Origin: Nemertoderma westbladi
Lineage: Eukaryota > Animalia > Xenacoelomorpha
Length of the DNA stretch: 64,000 bases
Direction: 5' to 3'
NCBI GenBank assembly: GCA_032718475.1
Contig: JAUCBJ010008359.1
Span: 8,275-72,274 of the forward strand
The first letter of the stretch is position 1; the number at the start of each line of letters is the position of its first letter. A program made the translations under genes and the position numbers. Below the pieces are notes generated by a model that did not search any database, had not been told where the DNA came from, and saw only the letters and a list, made by a program, of their open reading frames with translations. Below, in pieces: positions 25,601-38,385 of this stretch.

Positions 25601-28600
25601 GCGTCTGGTACGTTTTGTTTGGAGGATGGGTCATGGGATGCCGTATTGGCACAATGTCCAGGACCGCAATTGGATTGCGTAGTCGAGGTTAGATATTCAC
25701 ATTCACGATTGAAAACATTCGAAAGCCAATAGGCCCTATTAATTATAATATAGGCTCATTCCATGAAAAGGTCAACCTCCCCACTAATTTCTAAAAATGA
25801 GATGTAGCTTTGAATTTATACTTATTTTAGGTCAAAATTTATCGTACTTCATGAATTCAGTGCTAAAAATTGTATCAACACAGGTGGTTTCTCAAAAATA
25901 GTCGAATTACAAATTATGCACCTGCTCTGCATAAAATGTGAATAAAAGTGTGCAAAAGTTTCGTTTCCTGTAGGCACTTCCTATGACCAATAAATTAACA
26001 TTTCTGAGCATGTACCAAATCAAAAACAAACCCATTTTCGAATTTTTTTGGTTTCATTTAATTTCACCAGTGTTTCATTCCTCTGTAATGAAATCGATGA
26101 AGTTAATCTTGTGATGTCCCATACTTTACCTAAAATAGTGAAATTTTTTAGTTTATTCACAGAGATGTAACTCAGCCTATTCACCCAGTGGAATGCAAAG
26201 CACGTTTGTGTTGCGTCATCGTATAAAACAATTAGTTTCATCTTCACTCCCTCAGAAATATCATGGCGGCCAATTGAAAATTGTCCCATACTTTACCATT
26301 AAAATGGCGATTATATTAGTGCACTATATTAATGTAATATGTGAAGCCGGGAGTGTTATAATACTCTAAGGCCATAGTAGGCCGTAAGAATATGAGTCTA
26401 TATTTGAACTGAGAATCATTCCTCAGTCAAGAAATCTTTGGGTTTATGCATGTAAAGTCCCATACTTTACCAAAAAATAGTGAAATTTTTAATTTATACA
26501 CAGAGAAGTAGTCTAACTAAGCCCAATCACCAAGTGGAATGCAAAGCACGTTTGTGTTGCGTCATCTTACGAAACAATTACCTGTAGTTTCATAATCTAC
26601 TCCCTCAGAAACATCATGACGGCCAATTGAAAATTGTACCATACTTTACCATTATAATGGCGATTACATTAGTGCACTGTAATATATGAAACCTGGAGGG
26701 CAGGAGTGTTATGATGCTTCAGGGGGGGGGGGGGGGGGGGGGGTAGGGGGAAGCATAGAAGTATGTATTTGAACTAAGAATCATTCCTCAGTTAACTAAT
26801 CTTTGAGTTTATGCATGTAAAGTCCCGTACTTTACAACAAATTTCAAAAAATTTGTTTTTTAGCAGATAAGAAGATCGGTAAGTACAGTAAGTAATTGAT
26901 ACATTTTCAGAAAAATGGAAAGAATTTCTAAACTTTTTACAGACTACATGTGTACCAAGTTTGGTTATATTTCATCAATGATTGGCGGACTTATTTCAGT
27001 TTTTATCAAAATTTTGAAACTATCGGTACCAACAGACAGACTGTCTGATATGTGACCTTTGATTCCTTAAACTTCAGATTCTTTCCAAACTTTTGACAGA
27101 CTTCATACGTACCAGATTTCGTTTAATTTCATCTAAAAATGACCGAGATATACAGTATTAGCGATCAAAAATTAGACAGATGACATACAACTCCTCAAGG
27201 GCACCCATATGCTAAGACTTCGGGTCAATTTGTGGGCCGCCCCACATTATGTATCCATATCTTGGTTGGAAATACTTAGTTGCACTTTATTATCACTAAT
27301 TATCCAGAAATTACTGTTATGTTGAGTTTTAGAGACAATTTTGACCATAAAATTCGTACAGGTCCCGTACTTTACTTAACAATGTCCCATACTTTACCAC
27401 ACAAACCGCACTGTAAAAAATTAGCAATGCAGCAATTCGTCTTATATTTATATTTTTATTTAAGCTTAATAATACAGCTTTATCCTAAACATCAACTCAA
27501 CACCGTACCTGCGCACAATTCGCTAAATTTTAGAATTGAAATCATAAAATAAAAAAAACCATTTCGTACGAATCCGCACTTTACCTTAATTGGACAAGCT
27601 GGCGTTTTCTCAAAAGTGACTAAGTCCCGTCATAAGCTTCGCGAAATCAAAGCTGGTATTCGAAAGTTTAATCCAAGCACAATTTTGTGCACATATGTGC
27701 TGTGGATAACATTGTACAGGCAATCAAAGTTCAAAATTGTGTACGAATGTCCCGTAATTTACTTTGTAATGAGCCTATACTGTATAAACAGTAGTCATTG
27801 TAATGTCCCTTAGTAAACGATGCATTAAATTTGGTTACGCCACCAAAAAAAATTTGATCATCATCAAATTACTTTCCAACAGAAATAAAACTTACAAATA
27901 ACTATTATCGATATAAGATAATTACTGTAATCTCCCATGTTATATTTATCAATAACAATTCATTGTAAATAACAATAACAATAACCTGCACAGAATATTA
28001 ATGAAATATGGCCAATAAGTGGAGGAAAGACAGAAGACAAACATATACAGTATAGCTATAGTAAAATAGTGTTGATAACCCAGCAAACTGTACAACCTGA
28101 AAACGCAAACTATTCAATACCAGCTGCAGGAAGTGTCTAGTTCTCGAGTGTAAATTTACTGTAATCTCTGCCACTAATTTTCAATTATTTATTGATTGAA
28201 TATTAGTGGTAGATTACAGTAGCATTATCCTACTGTATAACGGTAATTAATTAATTACGAATTTTGTTAACTGTTGCGTGGTAACGAAATTCCATAAGTC
28301 ATGTCCAAAATGTTTTGTGATAGTAAAAGAACGACCTAACGAAAAAAAAGTTAATATACAGTAATTAATGAAAAAAAATATTTTTTCTAGAATAAATATT
28401 CCTCATTGAATGGACAGACTAGGAAATGCGACTTAGCACCAAAAGATGGTGTACTCCATCTATATTGGATGTGCACAGACCGTAATGCTATTTGTCAGCT
28501 ACCGGACCCATGTAGCCACTCGCATTGCGGAGACCACGGTGTGTGTGTACCCAGTCTAGACTTCCAGTCCTATTCCTGTGACTGCACCGACGAATTTACT

Positions 28601-31600
28601 GGGGAACATTGTGAAGAGAAACCTGTTGAACACGAACAGGAAGAAGAACCGGAACATCCAGGTACCGCAAAGTAACTCTATTTCTAATGTAATGTAATGT
28701 AGGACTTTACTGTACATTACAGAATTTTATTAGAAACGTTTATTTGTGAAGTATATTGTAGCAGTAAATTGTTTGTTTGATAGTCAAGTACAGTAGGCCT
28801 ACATTACTGTATGAGGCTCTGAAGCTAGTCATTTTGTCGTTAAATACAGTAGGCCTACACTGTAAATCATATACTTGTTATAACTTTTTGTTGGGAACAG
28901 CTTTTGCAAAGTCGGCAATGACGCCAGGTGGGATCGAACTGATGACCTCCGGGTTGGATGTCTGGCGCTTTAACTAGTAGGGCTTACACGATAATTGATA
29001 CCTCTTTAATTAAACTGAAATTTTATTTAAAAATATAGTAATAAAATTTATTTGGAATTAAACGCTACGCCGACAACCGACAACCATTATTAACGGTAGG
29101 CCTAATATGATGATTATTATGATTATTACTAATGATTATTATCACCAATAGAGGGAATGGAACAGGTTATCTCCAGATCTATAAACGAGATTCAATAGCA
29201 TAGGTAACACTGTTTTATATTTGAATTTCATATTTGAATAAATAGTCGGCTGTTGGTTGTCGGCGTATCGATTACAACCAATTATTTTACTGAAATTCCT
29301 TTTTCGAAAAATTGTAGTCGGAGCTATAATATTGAGACAGGGGAGGAAACTCGACGCAAAACCCGCCTTGGCGAATTAATTTCCCGCCTCAATGTTAAAT
29401 TCTCAATTTAGGGAAAGGAACAGGTTACAGTGACACATTATTTTAAACAAAACAATAAATTAAACACAATACAGTAGAACAGGTTACAGTTATATTTTTG
29501 AGAGTAATCAGCTGTTATTTGCTTCCAATTTCCCCTGGATAGGGATGCATTTTTCATGCGTCCAGTACCCCCCCCTCCCCACCCCCTATCTGATAATATT
29601 ATTTGGTGAGCGAAATTATTTATTTACTTAAAACTTTTTAGCACCTCCTTCTTCGGGATGTTCTGAGGTGTCATCTACAGAAAACTTATCGGTAACAAAC
29701 TATGATGGCGAGACTTGTGTAGCCAATGACGTTGTTGTAACCTCTTGTCAAGGATCCTGTCCCTCCAAACAATATGTAAGTAGGCCTACAGTACGTATAC
29801 TGTAGCTGTAAATACAGGCAGAGAAGCTGGTTACTAACATATGTACAGTAGGCCTACTCAGTACTGTATAATAGGAAATAATTTAGTTGAGATGCATTCC
29901 GAATTGGTATTAGTTGAATTGGTTGGTTGAAACTACATTTTTTTTTTGCTAAGATTGCTGGATTAAATGTAATTAATTATTGATTCTTTATGTTTAATGG
30001 CTTTTATGGAAGCTGTTCTATACAAAATAATATTCACTTTATTTACATATTTAGGCCGTTTCGACCGGAGATCTGGTAGACCGATTCCAGATAAACTCCG
30101 ACTGCCAATGCTGCGTGGGACTACCCAAATCTCACCCGGTATCTTTTGATTGTCCAGGCGGTTCTGAAACCTTTTACGTCCCGGTACTATCTGTATGTGA
30201 ATGTCACGCCTGCAATAGCGGTGGTTAGTATAATTTCTAAATTTGATAGATCTTATAATTTTCATGTTATTGCCCATTTGATTTGATAAAAGTTATACTG
30301 TACACAGGGCTAAAGACCTACTGTATTTATTTCATAATTTTGATTAATAATTTTATAAATTATTTACTCCTTAAATCTATAAAACTAAATATATTTTTCT
30401 TTCATTTTATCCTCTATTTACATACAGTTTTGTAGGTCTATTTATTACTAAGACCCCTCAAACTAAACAGGAACTTAAATACAGTAATAGGTCTACTGTA
30501 CTACTGAACAGCTAAAGTTTCAGAGTCCGATTTTGAATGAAATTTTATATATTTAGGTGAACCGGACTGTGTTCTTGATTCTGGAAGGATTCTAAAATAC
30601 ATGGAAAACTTTGAATCCTGTAAGGAGAACTGCATATGTGCAGAGGCTGGGGAAGCTAAGTGTACTGATATTCCACCGTGCGGCGAGAATGGAGAATGCA
30701 GCGAAAATACCGACCATAAATGTGTCTGCAAAGTAAACTTTGTGGGCGATGGTTACAAGTGCACATTGCAGGGGTCCGGTGGAGCCTCATTATCCGGGGG
30801 TAAGACGAAAGTCATAGACAAGAACACCCACTGCGAGAGTTGGTCCCAGTCCGGCGAGTGTTCAAATAACCCGCGGTATATGTGGGAGAAATGTCCCGTG
30901 AGTTGTGAAAAGTATGGGGATCCCGATTCCAAGCCACAAGAAGGCAAATACACTGAGTATGAATGTATTGTCTTCGCAACCAAAAATCAATGCGCTACTA
31001 AGGAGAAGTTTATGGAGAAATATTGTCCTAAACAATGTGAAGATGTTGCTAATGGGTTAATAATTCCAAAAGAAGTTGATAAAGTGAAGGCTTGCCATAC
31101 TAAAGCGGAATCAGGCCTTTGTATTCTTGATAGAACGGAAATGGAGAGAGATTGCCCCGGGGTATGCGTTGGGGAATATATTATTGTAAAGAATATCGAT
31201 TTGGTTCCGGGAGGGATCCCAAGAGAACAGGTTATTTCTGTAGAAGTTGTCGGAGGTGCTGCTGCAGTTTCTTGTCCCGACGGATTTATGTTGGCCGATT
31301 GTAAATGCAGCGATTCTGACTGTCTCGGTTCTGAAGTTGTAGTCAAAGATGACAAGGTAACCTGCATGGTTAAAAGTCGGATTGATGCTAAAGAAGTTTC
31401 TGAGGCTGAGGCGGTTTGCGCCAATTTGCGTGATACTTATGAGATATTTATCCCCAATGAGTATGGCATTGATGTTGCACCAAAGACCACCAAATGTCCT
31501 GTCAACTTTCAGATGATTTCCTGCAATTCATTGGGCGCATCTGCAGCAGTGGAAGCATCTGGTAAAGGCAACATCAATGGGAATCAATGTCAATTCAACG

Positions 31601-32148
31601 AAAACGTTTGCTCAGGGAGTTGTAGCGTTTCCGGGATATGTTATAGGGCATTTGATTCCACTCCTATTGAAAACATGAAAAAAATCGGCGATGCTACAAG
31701 CGCTGATAAGAGTCGCTTCTTTGTGAATGCAGAACACAACGATTTGGAAGCTGTTGTCTACGAAAGTCCCGAATCTGTTGGTAAGGCGGTAGGACAATGT
31801 CCTGAAGGTTCTTTTGTTATCGGATGCGAATGTATTGGCGACTGTAAAGGTGTTAATCCAATTTTAGCTTATCGGAAGTGCGGAGCCAGGAGTCTAGATG
31901 ATGGGCAGCCACTGAAGGTTAGGATTATGTGTTCCAAAGGAGTTGTAGCCCCCCAATACGACGGACAGGGCGCAGAGCACAGCGCCCATGCTGAATGCCC
32001 AGCTGGAACCTCACTTCTCTCGTGTTCGTCGAAGTTCTCGGATGGGGCTGATGTTGTTTCCGGTTTTGAAGGTCTCGGAAAATCGAAAAACAATGGATGT
32101 GAAGTCAGCTGTTCAGGTTTCTGTTTCGCGTACGCTATCTGTGTTTGA
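22666..32148 (+). CDS. Multi-exon Cys-rich extracellular mosaic protein (~950 aa; 5' exon not found): SUEL x2, EGF, cystine knot, EGF, ShK x3, resistin/PCSK9-C-like repeats
   Basis: GT-AG exons with compatible phases: 22666-22832, 23076-23239, 24283-24404, 25455-25687, 28391-28661, 29642-29775, 30055-30223, 30557-32148. Motifs: IVLEASYG and LDIHYMC (SUEL), CDCTDEFTGEHC (EGF), SCQGSCPS..CQCC..CEC (CTCK), DKNTHCESWSQSGECSNNPRYMWEKCPVSC (ShK). Confidence 0.85.
23425..23580. mobile_element. DINE-1/Helentron-like non-autonomous fragment with (CAGA)n microsatellite
   Basis: (cagacaga)n followed by ggtatacc.gacgctcgct; assigned by resemblance only. Confidence 0.4.
24740..25208. mobile_element. MITE (hAT-like) with gtttaaac-gatc terminal inverted repeats
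   Basis: tgtttaaacgggatc ... gatcgtgtttaaaca, with internal cgggat(c) subrepeats. Confidence 0.6.
25753..27775. mobile_element. Non-autonomous DNA transposon, GGCTCATT TIRs, TATA TSD, internal ~350 bp duplication
   Basis: tata|GGCTCATTCCA...TGTAATGAGCC|tata; repeated cc.tactttac motifs; intronic. Confidence 0.8.
28900..28985 (-). mobile_element. tRNA-derived SINE head or tRNA pseudogene
   Basis: Minus strand reads ctagttaaagcgccagac...ggtcatcagttcgatcccacc (A/B boxes); acceptor stem degenerate. Confidence 0.55.
29066..29267. mobile_element. MITE-like inverted repeat
   Basis: tacgccgacaacc ... ggttgtcggcgta terminal inverted repeats. Confidence 0.55.
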
Positions 32149-34339
32149 ACATTCAAAGTATAGGAAAACAATTATCATTTTTACGCATAATGCCTCTGTG
32201 CATGTTAGCTACGGTATAACTACAGTATCACCCCATAGGTGTGTTTTACCTTGTATATGCCTGGTATTTTTGTCTGTATATTTGGCGGGAAGTTTAAATC
32301 ATGCTATTGTTTGCCGGGGATTACTGTGTTTTGGGTCAACATGAATTTTTTCAATCTTAATTTTTTCTGTTTTTTTTGTTCTATTATGCATAATACTATA
32401 ATATACTGTAGTACTGTAGGCCTACTCTTTAAAATATATTATGCTAGAATATTATCTACAGTATTAGTATAATACATACTAGCTACAGTAGTTATAAACG
32501 ATTCTTAGGCAAAATTACTATTGGGCACACCTCCTCCAAATTTTGTATACTAGGCCTACAGTATGTAGTGTTTCTTACTTTGTTTTTTGAAAATATCCCA
32601 GAACATATTATCTCTTCATTTTGTTTAAAAATATTGGTCTAGAACAAATAAATGCTATTCTTGGACATGTTATGAAAAAATTTTTTGGTGTATATTTTTT
32701 AATTGATTAGTGTTTAGTTTAATTATTTCATTAAGCCTACAACAAATAGATTATAATGGTATCTAGTAATTTTTATTTAGTTTTAAAAAATTTATTTAAT
32801 GAATCATAATTCATTAAATTAAAAATAATTTGTTAAATGTTCTAGAATAAAATATATATAGTTCTAGAACAATATTAAATTTTTAAATAATTAGCTAAAT
32901 TGCCGGAGTACATTTTAAAGTCCAAAACACAGAAATGCCCTTTGCTGTAGGCCCCTACTACTGTTTTTTTGCACTGTACTGTACACGCTCGAATTGTTAG
33001 TTGCATTAAACTTATATTGTGCCCTCAAATAAGTAAACTTGGAATAAAAACGATACAAATTATTATTTAAATGGATTTGGTGTGGGGACAGTTGAACCCT
33101 CGATAGCCATCTACTACGGACTCTTACCTGGAATCACCCAAGATCCTTACAGTAGATCCTTCTACTGTATTACTCCCCCAAGTTCCTCATGAGACATGGA
33201 AACTTATGTGTAGGGTTTTGGTACTACTTTAAAAGTACCATCTCCATACCAATGCTGAGACCTCTTTAAAATATCAGCGGCACTCTCCGAGCAAAACACT
33301 AAAACTCTTTTATCTTCATTCAGAGTTGGCCTACTGTTGTAGGCCCATTGTCAAAACGTAAGAAGGGATGAATCATTAGTCAAAGTGTATTTTTCAATCA
33401 TCGCAAAACTTGAATCCATTTGGTATGGTTCATTTTCTTTATTAGACTGAGATTTAAGACGAAGAATTTTTGCGTTTAATATTACTTACGGATAGAAGAG
33501 ACAAAGCTGCAACATCACTGAAAGAGGAAACAGCTTTGGAAACAATTGTATGCGTTGACGAAGTATTTCAACTCGAATCGCTACACGAACACGTTACCTT
33601 CTAATACCTTTACTGCAGTTTACAGTTTATCTTTTTCTCTTTCAGGCAAAGAAGCCTATCAATACCTGCCGCCAACTTTCTGTGGAAGCGATAACAATAA
33701 CCCTTTTGCAAACAAACAAAGGTTTCCCCTTCTCTGTTGTTTAATCTCCCACTGTCCATCGCCTTCGAACTTTCACTATTCCAGAGAATAAAAGACTGAA
33801 TTAAATTCGCTTTGAAAAATAATACTACTACTACTACGACCGGCACCCTGTATTGCAGCTGCATTATATATATTACATCGTGACCATAGAGCCAGAACAA
33901 CACATACCACAATTAAAAAATAAATAATTTTTTAACCAAAAATACTCAAGATGGCGTTTTACATCTTATGTTAAAATCCTAGACTTGTATGTCAGTCCGT
34001 TTAGGAGATATGGAAAACCAGAACAACCCTCACAACATAAAAGTTGAAAACCGTTAGAGGTAAAACAACACACACAGACTAGAGTTAATGTTAAATTTCA
34101 GTATGTGTTGTATTGCCTCTTTGGAAAATAATAAAAAAAAAAAAAAAATATTTTTTTCATTAACAAAATTTATTCTGAATGCTAGCCACCCAAAATGCCC
34201 AAAATGTAACATTGTATCTTCCCAGACCTCTGTCGAAAATATCAGGAGAATGGATCTATATAGAGGGAAATGAGAAGGTTTTTTGCATTTTTCTCGGAAC
34301 CACATTTTTGGTGAGTGTTGTTCTGGCTCTTTGGTCACG

Positions 34340-35790
34340 ACATATATATTAAGAATGCTGTGCCGGCTTGACGACAAAATTGCGCCGCCACAACTCCCTA
34401 TCACCCATGTCATTTGCTAGTTCATCCGCATCTTCAAGGCCAGTGTCTTTTAAGACGCGTCTCAAGAAAGTCATGTGCTGTCCACAATGCTTATTCGCTC
34501 CATGAGGCCGCCAGACCACAAGATTATACACTGGCTTGTCCTCACGGCGAAAAAAAATGTCCTGCAAAGCGGAGGATATTCCGTTCAAGTGTCAAGTTAG
34601 GGGAGACTAATTGAACACCTCGAAAGTTGTATTTAGTCTGATTGGAGATGTGTTCATTGTACACAATGAACCCGGCGCCGCATTCTTGTGAAAATGCCAT
34701 CCAGAGATTTGGTATCCTCTGCAGTTAGAGCCCAGCATGTACTCCCATAAGAGTACTGGCACTACTACAGCCATAAATAATCGAACCTTAAGGTTCCGTT
34801 TTATTCTATGGTCTTTCCAAATCTTGGACAGACTATTTAACGCTGCCCATGTCTTTGCCTTGCGAATCCGAAGGTTTTCACCTGACTTTCTGATCCTTGA
34901 TCCCAAGCAGCAGAAGTCATCCACGTGCTCAAGCAAGCCATCCTTAGAGCTTATGCCCTTACTATCAGACATTTCTTGAGGGCTGTCTAGGTTGACTGTC
35001 ATGATTTTGGTCTTCTTGGAATTTACAAAAAGACCAACACTAGAAGCAACCTGCTCCAATGAGCAGAGTAACCTTTGGGCTCCCTCTAGTGATTCAGCAA
35101 ACTCTAGATCAGTAAGGTACTTTGCTGGATTTCCTTTACTTCTTGTGCCAGTAGGGGGTGTTATCATCACCTCACCTTTATTATGATGATCTAAGGACAT
35201 GCTTATAACATAATCAACAACAATTACGAATAAGAATGGCGCAAGTGTGTCTTCCTGAGGGACTCCCCATAAAATTTCGAATGGGTCTGTGTCACTAGTA
35301 AACACAAATGTGATGGAACAATAGTACAGTGATCTGATAGCTGCAATAATTTCCTCAGAAATCCCATAATATGCAGGCAGTATGCTGCCGATATGTGGTC
35401 GGGAGACTGAGTCAAAGGCTTTAAAGAAGTCAACAAAGATAATAGCCAGTTGTCTGTCTGTCTTTATTGATAACTCTTCACTACACTTCTAAATGCCGTA
35501 ACAGGATCCATGGTCCAACGACCTTTACGAAACCCATTTTGGTTCCCACGTAACAGTCTCACAACAGGATCCCTGATGTGATTTAATATAATCCTATTGT
35601 ATCCTATCTCGATTGCTTTGCAGCAATCGAGATTAATGAGATTTCAAGAAAAGATCCACGGGTTGTTACGTTGCCCTTCTTCGGAGCTGGGACCAACTTA
35701 TTTGTTTTCAGTTCTTGAGGGACTCTATTTGTCCTATACATGTCCACAATAATGGGGTGAATGAGCACCAAGCACTCAGGTATTTTGAAG
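34340..35790 (-). pseudogene. Degenerate RTE-clade LINE RT
   Basis: GVPQEDTLAPFLFVIVVDY, DDFCCLGS, NQNGFRKGR; multiple frameshifts. Confidence 0.85.
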
Positions 35791-35924
35791 ACATTAGGGG
35801 TTATAATATGTAGTGCACTATTATTTGCAATAATAGTGTACTAATTAATACCAAGTAAAAATTTAAACAAACAAAATATTCTTAGAATAAGTCTAATCAT
35901 TTGGAAACATATGAAAAGTGAACA

Positions 35925-36738
35925 GTTCGTTCGTTCGTTCGTTTCGTTTAATCCAGGCTAACAGCCCCATAAAGTGACAGGAACACAATACTACAATACA
36001 CAGATATACAAACAGACACCGGTAAATTACATTAATAGATTAGCACAAAAAGTTGTATTTATTTAAATATTATTTTCACCCACTATCTCAAGGTACCCGA
36101 TATACGGCAAATATTATTAACTGCACATAGTACTAAATTAGAGGTTTTCCCTACCCTCCTACTTAAACTGTTAATCGAATCATAGTGTAAGTGACTAAAT
36201 AACGGCAAGTTATGTATTCCAAAATGGAGAGACATACTCGTTGCTTCCCCATCTGTTACCCTAGGTATATTAAACAGCATTCTAAAACATTTGTTGTAAG
36301 CTACACGTATTTATTGTACACACTATTTGAAAAGTTTCTCCCAGACCACAGAGCATTACAATACAATAGATCGGCGTGCAAAATGCACGAAATAATAGTC
36401 GTTTTACAATAATATTGCAAGAACCGAACTTTCTTACTAATAGATTGCCCCTGGCATAAAGAGATCTAGTTTGCCTTTTTATATCAGGGTCATCGTCCGT
36501 ACTGCTATGTACAGTAGCAAGTGGCCTAAATAAGTAAACTGCTCAACAACTTCAATAGGTTTATTGTATAGAAACACACTAGCATATTTAGTAACGCTAC
36601 TCGACGTATAAAATATACATTTAGATTTCTTCAAATTAAATGTGACGGAATTGTTATTTGCATACTTGTCAGCCATATCAATCAGACACTGTAAACCAAA
36701 AATAGATGTCGACAATAGACAAAGGTCATCAGCATATC
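35925..36738 (-). pseudogene. 3' end of a CR1/L2/RTEX-like LINE with (GAAC)n tail
   Basis: YADDLCLLSTSIFGLQCLID...FNLKKSK...FTYLGH; microsatellite tail near 35925. Confidence 0.75.
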
Positions 36739-37114
36739 CAGTGCCGGATTAAGCATCTGGTGGCCCTAAGGCACATTTTAGTAATTTCCAAAAAATGGCC
36801 CGAAAATTGATATTTTTCCGCAAACCCTTTCAAAAGAAAAAGCTGCTAAAAACAACTGAAATTGTGAAAATGTTGCGAAGGAAATATAAAGTATTTTCAT
36901 TGGATGACTGCGTGCAAATAAGTACTACTGTAAGTACTTTAATAATAAGTTCTGTACTTTGCAAAAATAGTTTTCATCAAGAATAGTAACATTACTAAAC
37001 GGAATATTATGCCTATAAAACCTTTGCTATAAAAAGTGTAATGGTTTTGGTAGAATTTCTCAAGCTTTAATTTTTAATATACAGTATTAATGGGACAACT
37101 ACCACAAATCTATT

Positions 37115-38372
37115 TGTAAAAGCTTTTGTGGGATAACTGATACGTTTGCCTATGCTGGCCAGTTCCCCCCCAGACGCTGGAATACTCTAAAAGGGTTTTC
37201 TAACTGTAGATATATTCCCCTCGCCCGCAAGGTACCTTTACAGGTGTTTTAACGGACATAAAAGTAATTCTGCTATATACGTGTTTTAGCGGACATGGTA
37301 AGACAAAAAACTTGTAATGCACCAACCACCTTTCACAGCTTAGCCGTGATGATTCATATTACGACATCTAGCAGCTGGTTGCTGACATGGAAACAGCCAT
37401 TGGCCGCGTGGTTCTTTGTTTGGCTTGGGCCAATCAGGGCGGTTTTTCCTGTCGACGTGTAGCTTTCCTGCCGATCATAAGGAGAGTGTTCAGTCTTACT
37501 GTTTTAGAGTTGATACTTTGTTGTTATTGCTGTCTAAGCCAGAAACACCGGCATTTTTGGATAGATACTGCTGTACCGTAAACTGCTTGAATTATCGAAA
37601 GTATAAACTGTTACCGAACGAACTAATTTAACTTGATAATCATACTCATTAACTAATCTTGATACTTTTGCATTAATCATATTGTTTGTACTGTTATTTT
37701 ACCGTCAGTTATTAATTGTAAATATTTGTTGATGGAAATATTGCTATTTGGATAATACGGATAAATCACCCAATTCCCAATTTTCTTGATAACACTACAG
37801 GTTAGAGAGACCGGCTATATATAACAATTGCGATTTATATTAATGTGGTGTGTATTGAATCCAATGTTATTTAGCAGACCCTACGTGAGTCAATTACTGC
37901 TCTCTTTATGTGTGATCAAATGTACTGACTGTCGGCAGAATAGTGTGTATGATTGTGATTGGTAACAAAGTATTTCCTAAAGAATACGCTTTATACTTTA
38001 ATCATAAGCAGTATCGTTGCGTTTTAGTATAAGTCTTAGTTCTGTTTAAATAGATAAAGCGCCACGTCCTAAAGGAACTGTTAATATTTCCCGAAAGCCA
38101 ATAATATCTGTCAGAGATTAATTATTAACGATCTATCGAATAATACATTAGGTATACACTGCAACCTTACACTGTAATAATACAATTCAAGCATCCGAAT
38201 TCAGTCTCCCGGGTGTAGATCCATCGGGTGAATGATCGCGCATGGGCTGACTTCGGCTAATGTTTTGCGTATTAGCATAAAATATTGTCGTATGCTAAAG
38301 TGGTTTTAATTAACTAGAAGACACATAAATTTTGGCAGGTTAAACTGCTAAAGGTCTTCAAAAGCGCGAACA
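37115..38372 (+). repeat. 5' LTR of element 2 (1258 bp) with a replaced U3 segment
   Basis: TGTAAAAGC...CGCGAACA; ~37205-37540 does not align by eye to the element 1 LTR. Confidence 0.9.
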
Positions 38373-38385
38373 GTAACAGTTTATA
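38373..38385 (+). promoter_or_regulatory. Non-tRNA primer-binding site GTAACAGTTTATA of element 2
   Basis: Exact complement of TATAAACTGTTAC at 37602-37614. Confidence 0.7.
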
